Positions 1-10,713 are shown, counted from the stretch's first letter. The stretch is 46,760 bases of DNA from an uncultured Alphaproteobacteria bacterium (GCA_903930075.1 CAIYWZ010000017.1:1-46760); one strand, 5' to 3'. Notes: generated by a model not told the origin, from the sequence alone. A program made the numbers and translations.

Positions 1-177
1 CAGCGTATTAATATTGTCGGTTATGTCTCACAGCAGACAGCCCTTTTTCCACATATGACCGTTCTTCAAAATTGCATGCATCCTATGATTGCCATGCTTA
101 AATTAGATGAAAAAACAGCAAAAATTAAAGTAAAAAAAAGTTTTAACATCATATTTATCCTTCTTATCAAGATTTAA
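1..177 (+). pseudogene. 3' part of a truncated polar amino acid ABC transporter ATPase (GlnQ-like), begins before the window
   Basis: Frame 1 reads QRINIVGYVSQQTALFPHMTVLQNCMHPM...; the Q-loop segment LFPHMTVLQN is typical of ABC ATPases, but TAA at 175-177 comes before any LSGGQ signature or Walker B motif. Confidence 0.6.
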
Positions 178-259
178 CAGAAGTTGTTTTTAAATTAAAA
201 ATAGAAAAAAATATTTTTTTTACCTTGTTTTTGATTGTTATTTTCTCTCGTTTGCGTTT

Positions 260-1489
260 ATGATGCGCTCAATTATCAATTGCTTGAAGGTGCCCCATTT
301 GACATATCAGACTTTAAAATCCATTTTATTTATTCTCTTGAGTTCGATTCCTGGGGGTATTTTTTATTTTCTGGGGGGATCGACGCTTGTGTTTTGGCTC
401 AATGATTTGAAGTTTGATAAAGCGACGATTGGGCTTTTTAGTTTTGCTGGGATTTTTCATGGGGTGAAGTTTCTTTGGGGGCCTGTTTTGGAAAGGGTTC
501 AAAATGATAAACTTGTTTTGATCGTGTCGTTGAGTGGATGTATGGCCTGTTTATTTTTGCTCACGCTGATTGATCCTGTCTCAAATACGCCCCTGTTTTT
601 TTGCGTTTTGATGATTCTTTCGATTTTTTCTGCCTCTTATAAAATGATGCTTCATGCCTGCCAAATGGCACTTGTTCAGGCTCAAAACTGGGGGTTAACC
701 GAGGCTGCATGCACCACAGGGTTTCGTATTGGCATGATTGCTTCAGGGGCCGGAGCCTTGTATCTTTCGGCATTCATGCCCTGGGTGAGTGTTTACCGGC
801 TGATGATTTTGCTGTGCATTCCCTCGCTGATTTGGATCATGTTTTCTTCCCCCCAAAGGGATATCAGGCGCACAGATCAAAAATATCTTTGGCGGGATGC
901 GTTTGTTGATTTTTTCCATAAAAAAGATTGGATGATTGTGCTTGGCTTTATGCTGCTTTACCGGTTGCAAGACGATTTTTTAGGGAAAATGCCCAATTTG
1001 TTCTTCATTGACATGGGGTTTTCCAAACAAGAAATCTCCATTGCCTATAAATTGGGGGGCTTGCTGGCTGTAACGATCGGCGGGTTTTTAGGGGGGTATT
1101 TGTGTTTTCGGTTTAAATATCGGCCTCTTTTTTTCTGGGGTCTTTTGCTCCACGGTGTATCGGGGGGGGCGTTTTTAATTCTAAACGTGGAGTCCCCTAA
1201 TGTTTGGGCGCTGTACCTGGTGGTGACTCTTCAAGAATTTACAAAAGGTCTGATTCTAGCGCCATTTTTCTCCTACCAACTGGCCTCTTGCACAAAAAAG
1301 TTTTGTATCACGCAGATTGCTCTTTTAACCTCCATCGTGACTTTCCCGCGTATTTTGCTTGGGGGTATTTCTGGGGTGATGGCCACCAACCTAGGCTGGA
1401 GCTATTTTTTCATCTTTTCAAGCCTCCTTTGTGTTCCTGTGCTTTTCTTTGTGAGATACATCCCGGAATATCATAAAAAAAATGATTGA
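260..1489 (+). CDS. ampG: AmpG-family muropeptide MFS permease
   Basis: Many TM segments; TLVFWL..., IGLFS, KFLWGP, GFRIGM..SGAGAL, MGFSKQEI, TQIALLTS motifs. Confidence 0.8.
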   Translation: MMRSIINCLKVPHLTYQTLKSILFILLSSIPGGIFYFLGGSTLVFWLNDLKFDKATIGLFSFAGIFHGVKFLWGPVLERVQNDKLVLIVSLSGCMACLFLLTLIDPVSNTPLFFCVLMILSIFSASYKMMLHACQMALVQAQNWGLTEAACTTGFRIGMIASGAGALYLSAFMPWVSVYRLMILLCIPSLIWIMFSSPQRDIRRTDQKYLWRDAFVDFFHKKDWMIVLGFMLLYRLQDDFLGKMPNLFFIDMGFSKQEISIAYKLGGLLAVTIGGFLGGYLCFRFKYRPLFFWGLLLHGVSGGAFLILNVESPNVWALYLVVTLQEFTKGLILAPFFSYQLASCTKKFCITQIALLTSIVTFPRILLGGISGVMATNLGWSYFFIFSSLLCVPVLFFVRYIPEYHKKND

Positions 1490-1492
1490 TGA

Positions 1493-1507
1493 TTAACTGT
1501 TCTTTAA
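1493..1507. promoter_or_regulatory. CtrA-like box TTAA-N7-TTAA
   Basis: TTAActgttctTTAA, about 49 nt upstream of the 1556 start. Confidence 0.5.
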
Positions 1508-1555
1508 TCATTTTTCAATGTCCTTAAATGAGTATAAGATTTTAGGGAGTTAACA

Positions 1556-2434
1556 ATGAGAAAAGTATTCACGCAGTTTGTTTTTTTGATCTTGGTGTTG
1601 TGTCAAGTTGAAGGTTCTCATGCTAATAAACCTGGGTCTCCTGCTCATCCTGATTCTAAAGGGTCTGGAAAACACTCTTCTGCTCATACAACATCAGTGA
1701 CTTTTGCAGAAATTAAAGGATGGATACAAACTGTGATAAAGGGAATAAATAACGATCCTACCTATAGTTCTGCTAAAGCAGAATTAAACTCTGGAAAAGT
1801 TCCTAATGTTAAGAATGCTTTATTACTTGCTTTAGCGTTGGATACATTGTTTGGTGAGGTGGATGCGAGAACGACGGACAATGATGTTTTTAAAAAAAAG
1901 GTACGCTGTAAAAATGTTATACCAAATATGGAACATTTCCAGAAAGGATTTACAACTGAATTGCTGAAGGTGATTGGAACATTCATAATGGGGGAAAATT
2001 TATTAAGCCAAAGAAGCTATTTTGAAAATTTTGTATTTAAATGCAATATTCATCATTTCATCGTAAGAGGAATTGGAAATAAGTCTTTTAAGATGAACAC
2101 AGACGTTTATAACACAGTAAAAAATGGGATAACTGGGATAAAAGATTATAATTCTTTTTCAACATATTATGCTCAACTTGCACCACAAATGAATGCTGCT
2201 TATCAGGGTATGATGAAGAAAGCTAGCGTACTAAAGGGCCTATTTTGGTTTAAGGACCACAAAACCATACAAGAGCTTGTAAAAGATGTATCTACTATTT
2301 TTCTACTCGCGTATATTGCAAGAAAAAAACCGGACAATGTTGATATTGCTATGATTGAAAAGTGCATCGCACACTATAATCCTAAAAAAATCCCCGCTGA
2401 ATGCAATGCTTTTCTACCCGCAAAAAGTAAGTGA
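1556..2434 (+). CDS. Hypothetical secreted protein
   Basis: 292-aa ORF, RBS GGAG, Sec-type signal peptide (MRKVFTQFVFLILVLCQVEGSHA), low-complexity linker, AT-rich, no recognised domain. Confidence 0.75.
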   Translation: MRKVFTQFVFLILVLCQVEGSHANKPGSPAHPDSKGSGKHSSAHTTSVTFAEIKGWIQTVIKGINNDPTYSSAKAELNSGKVPNVKNALLLALALDTLFGEVDARTTDNDVFKKKVRCKNVIPNMEHFQKGFTTELLKVIGTFIMGENLLSQRSYFENFVFKCNIHHFIVRGIGNKSFKMNTDVYNTVKNGITGIKDYNSFSTYYAQLAPQMNAAYQGMMKKASVLKGLFWFKDHKTIQELVKDVSTIFLLAYIARKKPDNVDIAMIEKCIAHYNPKKIPAECNAFLPAKSK

Positions 2435-2499
2435 TTTCTGGAATATTTTCATGCCCGAGCATAAACTTATAAGAAACTTAAAAAAATAAAATAAAAAGC

Positions 2500-2528
2500 T
2501 TGCATTGTGTCTCTACTTTTTGTATAAA
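2500..2528 (+). promoter_or_regulatory. Sigma70-type promoter of tRNA-Asn
   Basis: TTGCAT-17 nt-TATAAA with an A-rich UP element, 13 nt before the tRNA. Confidence 0.65.
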
Positions 2529-2541
2529 TTCATTCAGTTGT

Positions 2542-2617
<76 letters not shown>

Positions 2618-2651
2618 ACTTTTCTAAGTTTATCCCATTAAAGAAGAAAAA

Positions 2652-3863
2652 ATGTTGTTAACAAAAAAAGAATCTCAGATGATTGCCTATGTCCTGTTTT
2701 TTGGGAGCGCGATTCTTTTTGCAACAATTGATATCTATGTCCCCTCCCTGCCGGATATGCAAGTGTTTTTTAAAACGTCTCAAGACATGATGCAATGGAC
2801 GCTGACACTTAATCTTTTGGGTGTGGCGATGACAGGGCTTTTTTTTGGCCCCTTGGGGGATCATTTTGGTCGTAAAAAATTAATCCAAATCAATTTAGTC
2901 GTCTATCTGATGGGGACGCTTATGTGTATTTATTCCCTGGATATCCGGATTTTCATGGTGGGAAGATTGATGCAGGCGTGTGGCTCAAGTGCCCAGGCCG
3001 TTGTGGGGATGGCCATCATTGCGGATTTATTTCGCGGTGTGGAAAGGGCGCGGGTTCTCTCGATTACAGGCATTATCTATCCCATTGCATTTTCGTGCGC
3101 GCCTATACTCGGGGCGGAACTGAGCATTCGCTATGGTTGGCAATCAAGCTTTGTCTTTCTTTTTACAGGTGCTGTTATTTACTTTTGTTTGTTTTGGGCC
3201 TATGTGCCTGAAACTTTATCAAAAGACAAAAGGCACGCTCTGTCTTTCATGAAGATTTTTCGCAATTATGGTTTATTTTTAAAAAATAAGCTTTTTATTT
3301 TATATTGCAGTATTCATGCACTTACGATCTCGGTTTTTATGCTTTATGTGGCGAATGCTTCCTTTATTTATAAGAATCAGATGGGGCTTGATATGAAAAC
3401 CTATGTTTATTTCCAGGCGGTTCCTTCCGTATTTCAAATCCTTTTTACGATTGTGGCAAGGCATGTTCTAAAAAATCATGGAATGCGCACGTCTTTTCTT
3501 ATTGGAGGATGGGGGTATGGTATATCGTTTATTTCAATGCTGATCATGCTGCTCTTTTTCTCGTCCAACCCTTATGTTATGTGCGCGGCAACCTGTATCC
3601 CTTATATTGCAAGCGCCTTTGTATTGGCAGTGGCGGTGACAAAGGCAACGGAGCTTTTCCCCCATATGGCGGGAACATCCTCGGCTGTGTTTTCCTTTTT
3701 ACGCACAATTTTATGTGGGGTGTTGCTGGGTTGCGGAACTATTTTTTTGGATACGGATGTTCTCCAGGTCTATCCTTATATGATGGCGATTATTTTGGTC
3801 ATTCTTGGGGTGATTGCTTATATTTTACACTTTAGTCTCAAAGCAGACACGCAGCACTCTTAA
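2652..3863 (+). CDS. Bcr/CflA-family MFS efflux transporter
   Basis: IDIYVPSLP, GPLGDHFGRK (motif A), APILG, GWQSSF, PETL motifs; about 12 TM; stop overlaps rsmH start (TAATG). Confidence 0.9.
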   Translation: MLLTKKESQMIAYVLFFGSAILFATIDIYVPSLPDMQVFFKTSQDMMQWTLTLNLLGVAMTGLFFGPLGDHFGRKKLIQINLVVYLMGTLMCIYSLDIRIFMVGRLMQACGSSAQAVVGMAIIADLFRGVERARVLSITGIIYPIAFSCAPILGAELSIRYGWQSSFVFLFTGAVIYFCLFWAYVPETLSKDKRHALSFMKIFRNYGLFLKNKLFILYCSIHALTISVFMLYVANASFIYKNQMGLDMKTYVYFQAVPSVFQILFTIVARHVLKNHGMRTSFLIGGWGYGISFISMLIMLLFFSSNPYVMCAATCIPYIASAFVLAVAVTKATELFPHMAGTSSAVFSFLRTILCGVLLGCGTIFLDTDVLQVYPYMMAIILVILGVIAYILHFSLKADTQHS

Positions 3864-4786
3864 TGCATATTCCCGTTTTACTCAAACCCATTTTAGAGAT
3901 CTTAAAGGAAAAAAAAGACCTTACAATTATCGATGGAACCTTTGGACAAGGGGGGTATTCAAGGGAATTTCTGGAGATGGGACATAAAGTCATTGCCTTT
4001 GACCGGGATCCTGAGGCAGAAAAAGTTGCAGCTGAGTTCAAAGCCCATTATGGCGATCGATTTATTTTTCATAGGGCCGAATTTTCGAAAATAGACCAGT
4101 ATATCACAGAGCCTGTAGATATCGTTGTGTTTGATTTGGGCGTTTCTTCCCCGCAGATTGATCAGCCAGAGCGGGGATTTTCCGTGAGGTTCGACGGACC
4201 TTTGGACATGCGCATGAGTCAAACGGGGATGAGCGCGCAAGAGGTGGTCAATACATACTCTGCGGAAAAATTAGCAGATATCATTTACACCTATGGCGAA
4301 GATAGAGATTCAAGGAGAATAGCAAGGCTCATCGTCAAGGCCAGAGAAATAAACCCCATCAAAACGACCTTGGAGCTGTCAAAAATCATTATAAAAGTGA
4401 ATCCAAACCCTAAAAAAGCCTTTGATAGTGTAATAAGGGCTTTCCAAGCGATCCGAATTTATGTTAATAATGAGTTAGAGGAATTGGAAAAAGGGTTAAA
4501 TGCCGCGGGAAAAGTTTTGAACTTTGAAGGATTGTTGATGGTGGTTTCGTTCCACTCTTTAGAAGATCGTATTGTCAAAGACTTTGTAAAAAAGGCTTCA
4601 GGACCTCTCTCACCCTCAAGATATGCCCCTATACCCCAAGGATCTCCTGCAAAATTCCAAAGCTTTGGTCGCAATATCATAACGCCTGATGAAAACGAAC
4701 TTCACGAAAACCCAAGATCAAGGTCCGCAAAATTGCGTGTTGCGATCAGGACAGATGTACCTTGGGAGCAGGAGAAGAGCGGATGA
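3863..4786 (+). CDS. rsmH: 16S rRNA m4C1402 methyltransferase
   Basis: HIPVLL, DGTFGQGGYS, DLGVSSPQID, PLDMRM, SFHSLEDR, NPRSRSAKLR. Confidence 0.97.
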   Translation: MHIPVLLKPILEILKEKKDLTIIDGTFGQGGYSREFLEMGHKVIAFDRDPEAEKVAAEFKAHYGDRFIFHRAEFSKIDQYITEPVDIVVFDLGVSSPQIDQPERGFSVRFDGPLDMRMSQTGMSAQEVVNTYSAEKLADIIYTYGEDRDSRRIARLIVKAREINPIKTTLELSKIIIKVNPNPKKAFDSVIRAFQAIRIYVNNELEELEKGLNAAGKVLNFEGLLMVVSFHSLEDRIVKDFVKKASGPLSPSRYAPIPQGSPAKFQSFGRNIITPDENELHENPRSRSAKLRVAIRTDVPWEQEKSG

Positions 4787-5124
4787 AAAGATATTTTTTC
4801 GTTCTTTTTGGCGTGGTGATGTTCATGGGATTTGGCTTGTTTCAACTCAAATATCATGTTGTTCAGCTCGAGCAAAAACTCACATTGGTTGAGCGTAAAA
4901 TTGCGCAAAAGAAAGAAGCAATCCATGTGTTAAAAGCGGAATGGAGTCATTTGAATGAGCCCCAGCGTCTTCAAAAATTGGTCGAGAAACATTTGGCTAT
5001 GGGACCTTTGCATGCGTTTCAACTCATCTCTCTTTCAGATTTATCTGCAATTCCCCAAGATAAAAGTGCTCCCGTTCAAGGCAAAATCCCGGATGTTTTT
5101 TTCTCTAAATTAGAAGGGTTTTGA
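4783..5124 (+). CDS. ftsL: Cell division protein FtsL
   Basis: TM helix plus coiled coil and LKAEWSHLNEPQRL; lies between rsmH and ftsI; ATG at 4783 overlaps the rsmH stop. Confidence 0.88.
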   Translation: MKRYFFVLFGVVMFMGFGLFQLKYHVVQLEQKLTLVERKIAQKKEAIHVLKAEWSHLNEPQRLQKLVEKHLAMGPLHAFQLISLSDLSAIPQDKSAPVQGKIPDVFFSKLEGF

Positions 5125-6833
5125 TGAAGAAACACTCTCCTTTTTTTCAAAAATACTCTGTTTCCAAAATAGGTGAATCTATTTTCGTGCCTTTCGTGAA
5201 AATGGCATCGAGAAGGCTCATTTTTATTTCCTGTCTTTTTTCCTTTGCCTACAGCATTGTTATTTTTAGACTGTTCGATGTGATGGTTTTTTCCAAGATT
5301 GAAGAAGAAAAAACAGTGTCGCAAATTGATACTTCGGTTGCTCAAATCCGGGCCAATATTTATGATCGATCTGCGCAAATGCTGGCAACGAGTTTATCGA
5401 CCTACTCTGTCTATGCCAATCCCAAACAAATGATTGACCCCAAAGAATCCGCTTTGAAAATTGCCCAAGTATTTTCAGATTTAAAGTACGAAGATTTATT
5501 TGAGAAATTGACTTGCGACAAAGGGTTTGTTTGGATCAAGCGGAATCTTGCACCTCAAGAACAAGATGCGGTCTTGAAACTTGGGATTCCTGGCATTTAT
5601 TTCCAAAAAGAATCCAAGCGCATTTATCCCCAAGGCTCTCTAACAGCACATGTTGTTGGCCTTGTGAATATTGATGGCAAAGGCGTTGCGGGAGTTGAGC
5701 AAAAATTGGATGTGAATCTTTCTCAAGGGGTAGATCCAGTTGAGCTTGCCATGGATGTTCGTCTCCAACATATTCTTGTCCAAGAAGTTGAAAAAAGTGT
5801 TCGTGAATTTTCCGCAAAAGGCGGCGCTGGAATGGTTATGGACATTCATACAGGGGAAATTTTGGCCATTGGTTCTTTCCCTACATTTGATCCCAATCAG
5901 ACATCGCAAATTGATCCCTCTGCCATGTTTAATAGAATCACAACCGGGGTCTATGAATATGGGTCTGTCATGAAAATTTTAACTGCCGCCATGGCATTAG
6001 AGTTGAACAAGGCAAATCTTTATAGCGTTTTTGATGCCACCCATCCGATCAAAGTTGGCCGGTTTCAAATTAAAGATTATAAAGGTCAAAACCGTCCTAT
6101 GCCCGTTTGGGAAGTTTTTTTGCATTCTTCGAACATCGGTTTTGTAAAAATGGCCCAACTCGTTGGCGTGGACGCGCATAAATCATTCTTGAAAAAAATG
6201 GGCCTTTTGGATAAGCCTAAACTTGAGCTTCCTGAAATTGGATATCCCCTTATTCCAAAACCCTGGAAGGAAATCAATACCATGACCATTGCTTACGGTT
6301 ATGGCCTTTCCGCGTCCCCAATTCAGATGGCCAGGGCCATGGGAGCCGTGATGAATGGTGGATATTTAATAGAGCCCACTCTTTTAAAATCGAAAGAAGG
6401 GGAAGAGATCAAAAAAACAAGGGTTATTTCAGAAAAGACCTCGAAACTGGTCAGAACCTTGATGCGCCTTGTGATCACCGATGGAACGGGGAAAAAAGCT
6501 GTGGCGCCAGGATATGAAGTTTTTGGAAAAACCGGGACCGCCAATCAACAATCTGGTGGAAAATATCATTCTAATCATGTGACAACAACATTTATTGGTG
6601 GGTTTCCCTTTTCCAATCCTAAATATCTGATTATGGTCACATTAGACGATCCAAGCCCCACAAAAGCAACATTTGGATATACAACAGCTGGATGGAATGC
6701 GGCGCCTCTAGCCGGGCGTATCATCAGAAGAATAGCCCCTGTTGTGGGGATTAAACCTGTGATTGACGAGGAAGATCGGGCCAAAGATCATATGAATTTG
6801 GTCCAGACAAAAGGAATTCTTTATGCACATTAA
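5124..6833 (+). CDS. ftsI: Penicillin-binding protein 3 (septal transpeptidase)
   Basis: RANIYDR, RIYPQG, GSVMK (SxxK), SSN (SxN), KTGT motifs. Confidence 0.95.
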   Translation: MKKHSPFFQKYSVSKIGESIFVPFVKMASRRLIFISCLFSFAYSIVIFRLFDVMVFSKIEEEKTVSQIDTSVAQIRANIYDRSAQMLATSLSTYSVYANPKQMIDPKESALKIAQVFSDLKYEDLFEKLTCDKGFVWIKRNLAPQEQDAVLKLGIPGIYFQKESKRIYPQGSLTAHVVGLVNIDGKGVAGVEQKLDVNLSQGVDPVELAMDVRLQHILVQEVEKSVREFSAKGGAGMVMDIHTGEILAIGSFPTFDPNQTSQIDPSAMFNRITTGVYEYGSVMKILTAAMALELNKANLYSVFDATHPIKVGRFQIKDYKGQNRPMPVWEVFLHSSNIGFVKMAQLVGVDAHKSFLKKMGLLDKPKLELPEIGYPLIPKPWKEINTMTIAYGYGLSASPIQMARAMGAVMNGGYLIEPTLLKSKEGEEIKKTRVISEKTSKLVRTLMRLVITDGTGKKAVAPGYEVFGKTGTANQQSGGKYHSNHVTTTFIGGFPFSNPKYLIMVTLDDPSPTKATFGYTTAGWNAAPLAGRIIRRIAPVVGIKPVIDEEDRAKDHMNLVQTKGILYAH

Positions 6834-8283
6834 TGAACTCTTTGTCCGCACTGATTTTAGTGGAGTTTTTCACTGTGTATCAGAGCCTAAGATTTTGGGA
6901 ATGACGGATTACTCTGGTGATGTGAAAAAGGGCTACTTATTTGCGGCCCTTTCTTTGGGGGATCAGACGGGGCATTATATTGAAGAAGCCATATCCAAAG
7001 GTGCTTCATATATTTTACTTTCTGATGAAACGTGTGAGAAATACCCATCGATTTTAAAGGATAAAAACCTCATTGTTGATAAAAACCCACGTTTGTTTTT
7101 CTCAAAAAGTCTTGCGTGCTTTTATGAAAATGAAATCCCCAATATTGTGGCAGTCACGGGGACCAATGGAAAAAGTTCTACGGTTCATTTTTTCCGTCAA
7201 CTCTCCAAACTCCTTGATCATAAATCAGCCTCCATTGGAACACTGGGCGTTGTGGCCGATGAAAAACTTGACCTTCCCGAAAGCAATTTAACAACCCCGT
7301 CTGCAATCACGATGCACAAGGTTTTAAAAGCCCTTTCTTCTGAAAATTACACCTATGTTGCCATCGAGGCTTCGAGTCATGGCCTGGATCAATATCGATT
7401 ACACGGCGTGGAGCTCAAAAGTGCGGCTTTTACGAATTTCACACAGGATCATTTGGATTACCATGGATCTATGGAGAACTATTTTAAAGCCAAAATAAAG
7501 CTTTTTACGCAAGTTCTCACACCACCTCAAATTGCGGTTTTAAATGCGGATATCGTTGAATATGAAATTATTCGCGCAGTGTGTCAGGAGCGTGACTTAA
7601 ATATATTGACCTATGGCCGGGCTCCCTTATCGGATTTGCGCATTCATCACTTTGAAAACCATAAAGCTCGGGTGGAAATCTTAGGGAAAATGTACGAGAG
7701 CGATTTTTTCCCCTTTGGAGAGTTTCAGCTTTATAATGCGATGGCTGCGTTAGGGCTTATGATGGGCTGTGGAGAGGGTGATATTGACCGTTTGGTTGCA
7801 TGTCTGCCCCACATTGAAGGTGTTCCAGGGCGCATGGAATTTGCAGGGAAAACGGATAAGGGTGCACGTGTTTTGGTCGATTATGCCCATACTCCTGATG
7901 CATTAGAGAATATTCTCAAAGCAACGAAATCCCAAATTTCGGGAAAATTGTGGGTGGTATTTGGCTGTGGAGGAGATCGTGATCCTCTAAAACGTCCTAT
8001 TATGGGAGCTGTTGCTTCAAAATGGGCCGATCAGGTCATTGTGACCGATGATAACCCCAGGTGGGAGAATCCAGAGATGATTCGTTCTGCGGTTTTAGAA
8101 GGAGCGAAAAATGCCCTTGAAATTGGGGATCGTTTATCGGCTATTTCTTATGCGATGGATCATATGGAAAAAGATGACGTTCTTGTTATTGCAGGAAAAG
8201 GGCATGAAACAGGACAAATTATCCAAGATCAGATCATTCCTTTCAATGATCGCAGTGTTGTTCAAAAAATATTAAAAAGGTGA
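6823..8283 (+). CDS. murE: UDP-MurNAc-tripeptide synthetase (meso-DAP ligase)
   Basis: VTGTNGKS, EASSHGL, TNFTQDHLDYH, DYAHTPDAL, DNPR (meso-DAP type), AGKGHE. Confidence 0.97.
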   Translation: MHINELFVRTDFSGVFHCVSEPKILGMTDYSGDVKKGYLFAALSLGDQTGHYIEEAISKGASYILLSDETCEKYPSILKDKNLIVDKNPRLFFSKSLACFYENEIPNIVAVTGTNGKSSTVHFFRQLSKLLDHKSASIGTLGVVADEKLDLPESNLTTPSAITMHKVLKALSSENYTYVAIEASSHGLDQYRLHGVELKSAAFTNFTQDHLDYHGSMENYFKAKIKLFTQVLTPPQIAVLNADIVEYEIIRAVCQERDLNILTYGRAPLSDLRIHHFENHKARVEILGKMYESDFFPFGEFQLYNAMAALGLMMGCGEGDIDRLVACLPHIEGVPGRMEFAGKTDKGARVLVDYAHTPDALENILKATKSQISGKLWVVFGCGGDRDPLKRPIMGAVASKWADQVIVTDDNPRWENPEMIRSAVLEGAKNALEIGDRLSAISYAMDHMEKDDVLVIAGKGHETGQIIQDQIIPFNDRSVVQKILKR

Positions 8284-8287
8284 AAAA

Positions 8288-9646
8288 ATGGAATTTCTTT
8301 GGTCTTCTGCTGAAATAGAAAAAATCACAGGGGGAAAAAGCACAAAATATTTTGAAATTTCAAAAATTACGACAGATCACCGTGAAGTGGAGGAGGGGAC
8401 TCTTTTTGTGGCTCTTCCTGGCTCCAAGTTAGATGGGCACGATTTTGTTCAAGGAGCCTTTAATCATCATGCAATTGGGGCAATGGTAGAGCGTCCTGTT
8501 GAAGCGGCAGGGGAATACATCTATGTTGAAGGTACGTCTGCGGCGCTGGATCAAATTGCCGTTGCCGCAAGAGAAAGATCCCAGGCAAAATTTATAGGAA
8601 TTACAGGAAGTGTGGGAAAAACAAGCATTAAAGAAGCTTTGTTCTTTTTGCTCAAAAACCAAGCAAAGGCTTTAGCAAGTGTTGGGAGTTATAATAATCA
8701 CGTGGGCGTTCCTTTAACTTTGGTTAATTTCCCCGAAGATCTTGAGTATGGGATTGTGGAGATGGGGATGAACCATGCGGGTGAGATTGCTCACCTTGGA
8801 AAGCTTGTACAGCCTGATATTTGTGTGATTACCTCTATTTCGCCAGCTCATTTAGGAAGTTTTCAATCTATTCAAGAGATTGCGGATGCAAAGGCGGAGA
8901 TTTTCCAGAACTATGCCCCTGAGGGAGTTGCGGTTTTAAATAAAAGTAATGAATATTTTGATTATTTATGGCAAAAAGCCAAACAACAGGGGATCGATAG
9001 AATCTATAGTTTTGGACTTTCATCGGCCGATGCCTTTTTAATCAAGCGTGAAGGAAATCAGATTCGCGCATCCATCTTAGATGAAATTGTAGAGTATACG
9101 TTGGCTGTAGAGGGCGAGCATTGGACACTGAATTCTTTGTGTGTTTTATTGCTCTTGAAATTAACCGGCGCCGATGTGCAAAAAGGAGCGGAGGATTTTG
9201 GCTCATTTCACGCACTTAAGGGAAGGGGACAGACAACAACCATTTCTTTTAACAACGGCAGTTTTGTTCTCATTGATGATAGCTATAATGCCAATCCTGA
9301 TTCCATGAAGGCAGGTATTGCGCTTTTAGGGCAAAAAAAGGGTCACAAAATAGCGGTTCTTGGCGACATGTTAGAACTTGGGGAAATGGGCCCTAAATAT
9401 CATTTAGGTCTTGCCCAAGAGCTTCTGGACGCCCATGTGGACCGTGTTTATGCCTGCGGCCGTTTGATGGGGCTTTTGTTTGAAATGCTCCCGCCTGTGA
9501 TGAAAGGGGTTTGGAGGGAAACTTCAGAAGAATTAATCCAGCCATTGCTTGATAGCATTGAAGATAATGATGTTGTTTTTGTCAAAGGATCAAAGGGGTC
9601 AAAAATGAATCTGATCATTTCAAGTCTTGAATCATTGGCGAGGTAA
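8288..9646 (+). CDS. murF: UDP-MurNAc-pentapeptide synthetase
   Basis: ITGSVGKTS, SYNNHVGVPLT, EMGMNHAGEI, DDSYNANP, GDMLELG, VKGS. Confidence 0.96.
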   Translation: MEFLWSSAEIEKITGGKSTKYFEISKITTDHREVEEGTLFVALPGSKLDGHDFVQGAFNHHAIGAMVERPVEAAGEYIYVEGTSAALDQIAVAARERSQAKFIGITGSVGKTSIKEALFFLLKNQAKALASVGSYNNHVGVPLTLVNFPEDLEYGIVEMGMNHAGEIAHLGKLVQPDICVITSISPAHLGSFQSIQEIADAKAEIFQNYAPEGVAVLNKSNEYFDYLWQKAKQQGIDRIYSFGLSSADAFLIKREGNQIRASILDEIVEYTLAVEGEHWTLNSLCVLLLLKLTGADVQKGAEDFGSFHALKGRGQTTTISFNNGSFVLIDDSYNANPDSMKAGIALLGQKKGHKIAVLGDMLELGEMGPKYHLGLAQELLDAHVDRVYACGRLMGLLFEMLPPVMKGVWRETSEELIQPLLDSIEDNDVVFVKGSKGSKMNLIISSLESLAR

Positions 9647-9651
9647 TTTTT

Positions 9652-10713
9652 ATGTTTCTAGAGATTTTTGGACATTTATCGCTTTTAAAATACATCACAG
9701 TGCGCAGTTTTATGGCTTTATATACCGCGTTTCTTATGGGGTTACTCTTGGGGCCTTATATGATTCGTTTCCTTGCCCAAAAGCAAAATGGGGGACAGCC
9801 GATTCGTCTTTATGGACCTGATACGCATTTAAGTAAAAAGGGTACGCCAACAATGGGGGGGATTTTGATTCTCATTTCTTGTATTGGGAGTACCTTGCTT
9901 TGGGGTGATTTACATAATGTCTTTGTGTGGCTTGTGCTCTTTGTTTTGGTTTCCTATGGTCTCATTGGAGGAATTGATGATTATTTAAAAGTTTCCCAAA
10001 GAAACAGCAAAGGTCTTCCTGGAAAGATAAAGTTTTTTTTGCAATGTCTTTTTGCCGTGATTGCAACATTTATTGCGATTCACTATACACCCACAGGTAG
10101 CGAAATCAATTTCCCCTTTTTTAAAACCTGGATCTTTGATTTAGGGATTTTTTATATTATTTTTGCTGTTTTTGTCGTTGTGGGGTCATCAAATGCGGTG
10201 AATCTGACAGATGGCCTGGATGGTCTTGCGATTGTTCCTGTGATGATTGCCTCGGTGTGTTTGGGGTTTGTTGCGTATTTGACAGGGCATATTTCGTTTG
10301 CAAAATATCTTTATATCCCCTCTATTCCAGGAACGGGGGAACTTGTGATTTTATGTGCTGCGTTAACAGGATCTGGGCTTAGCTTTTTATGGTATAACGC
10401 ACCGCCTGCGCGTATTTTTATGGGAGATATCGGATCATTATCTATTGGCGGGGCCCTTGGGATGATCAGCGTTTTGACCAAACACGAGTTTGTTTTTGCA
10501 ATCATCGGGGGGATTTTTGTCTTTGAAACCATTTCTGTTGTCATTCAGGTTACATATTTTAAGCTCACAAAAGGTAAGCGCATATTCCTGATGACGCCCA
10601 TTCATCATCATTTTGAGAAAAAAGGATGGAGCGAGCCCACCGTTGTGATCAGGTTTTGGATTATTTCCGTGCTTTTTGCGATCTTAGGTCTTGCGACTTT
10701 AAAACTACGGTAA
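9652..10713 (+). CDS. mraY: Phospho-N-acetylmuramoyl-pentapeptide transferase
   Basis: KKGTPTMGG, NAVNLTDGLDGL, FMGD.GSL, PIHHHFE, C-terminal LKLR. Confidence 0.98.
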   Translation: MFLEIFGHLSLLKYITVRSFMALYTAFLMGLLLGPYMIRFLAQKQNGGQPIRLYGPDTHLSKKGTPTMGGILILISCIGSTLLWGDLHNVFVWLVLFVLVSYGLIGGIDDYLKVSQRNSKGLPGKIKFFLQCLFAVIATFIAIHYTPTGSEINFPFFKTWIFDLGIFYIIFAVFVVVGSSNAVNLTDGLDGLAIVPVMIASVCLGFVAYLTGHISFAKYLYIPSIPGTGELVILCAALTGSGLSFLWYNAPPARIFMGDIGSLSIGGALGMISVLTKHEFVFAIIGGIFVFETISVVIQVTYFKLTKGKRIFLMTPIHHHFEKKGWSEPTVVIRFWIISVLFAILGLATLKLR

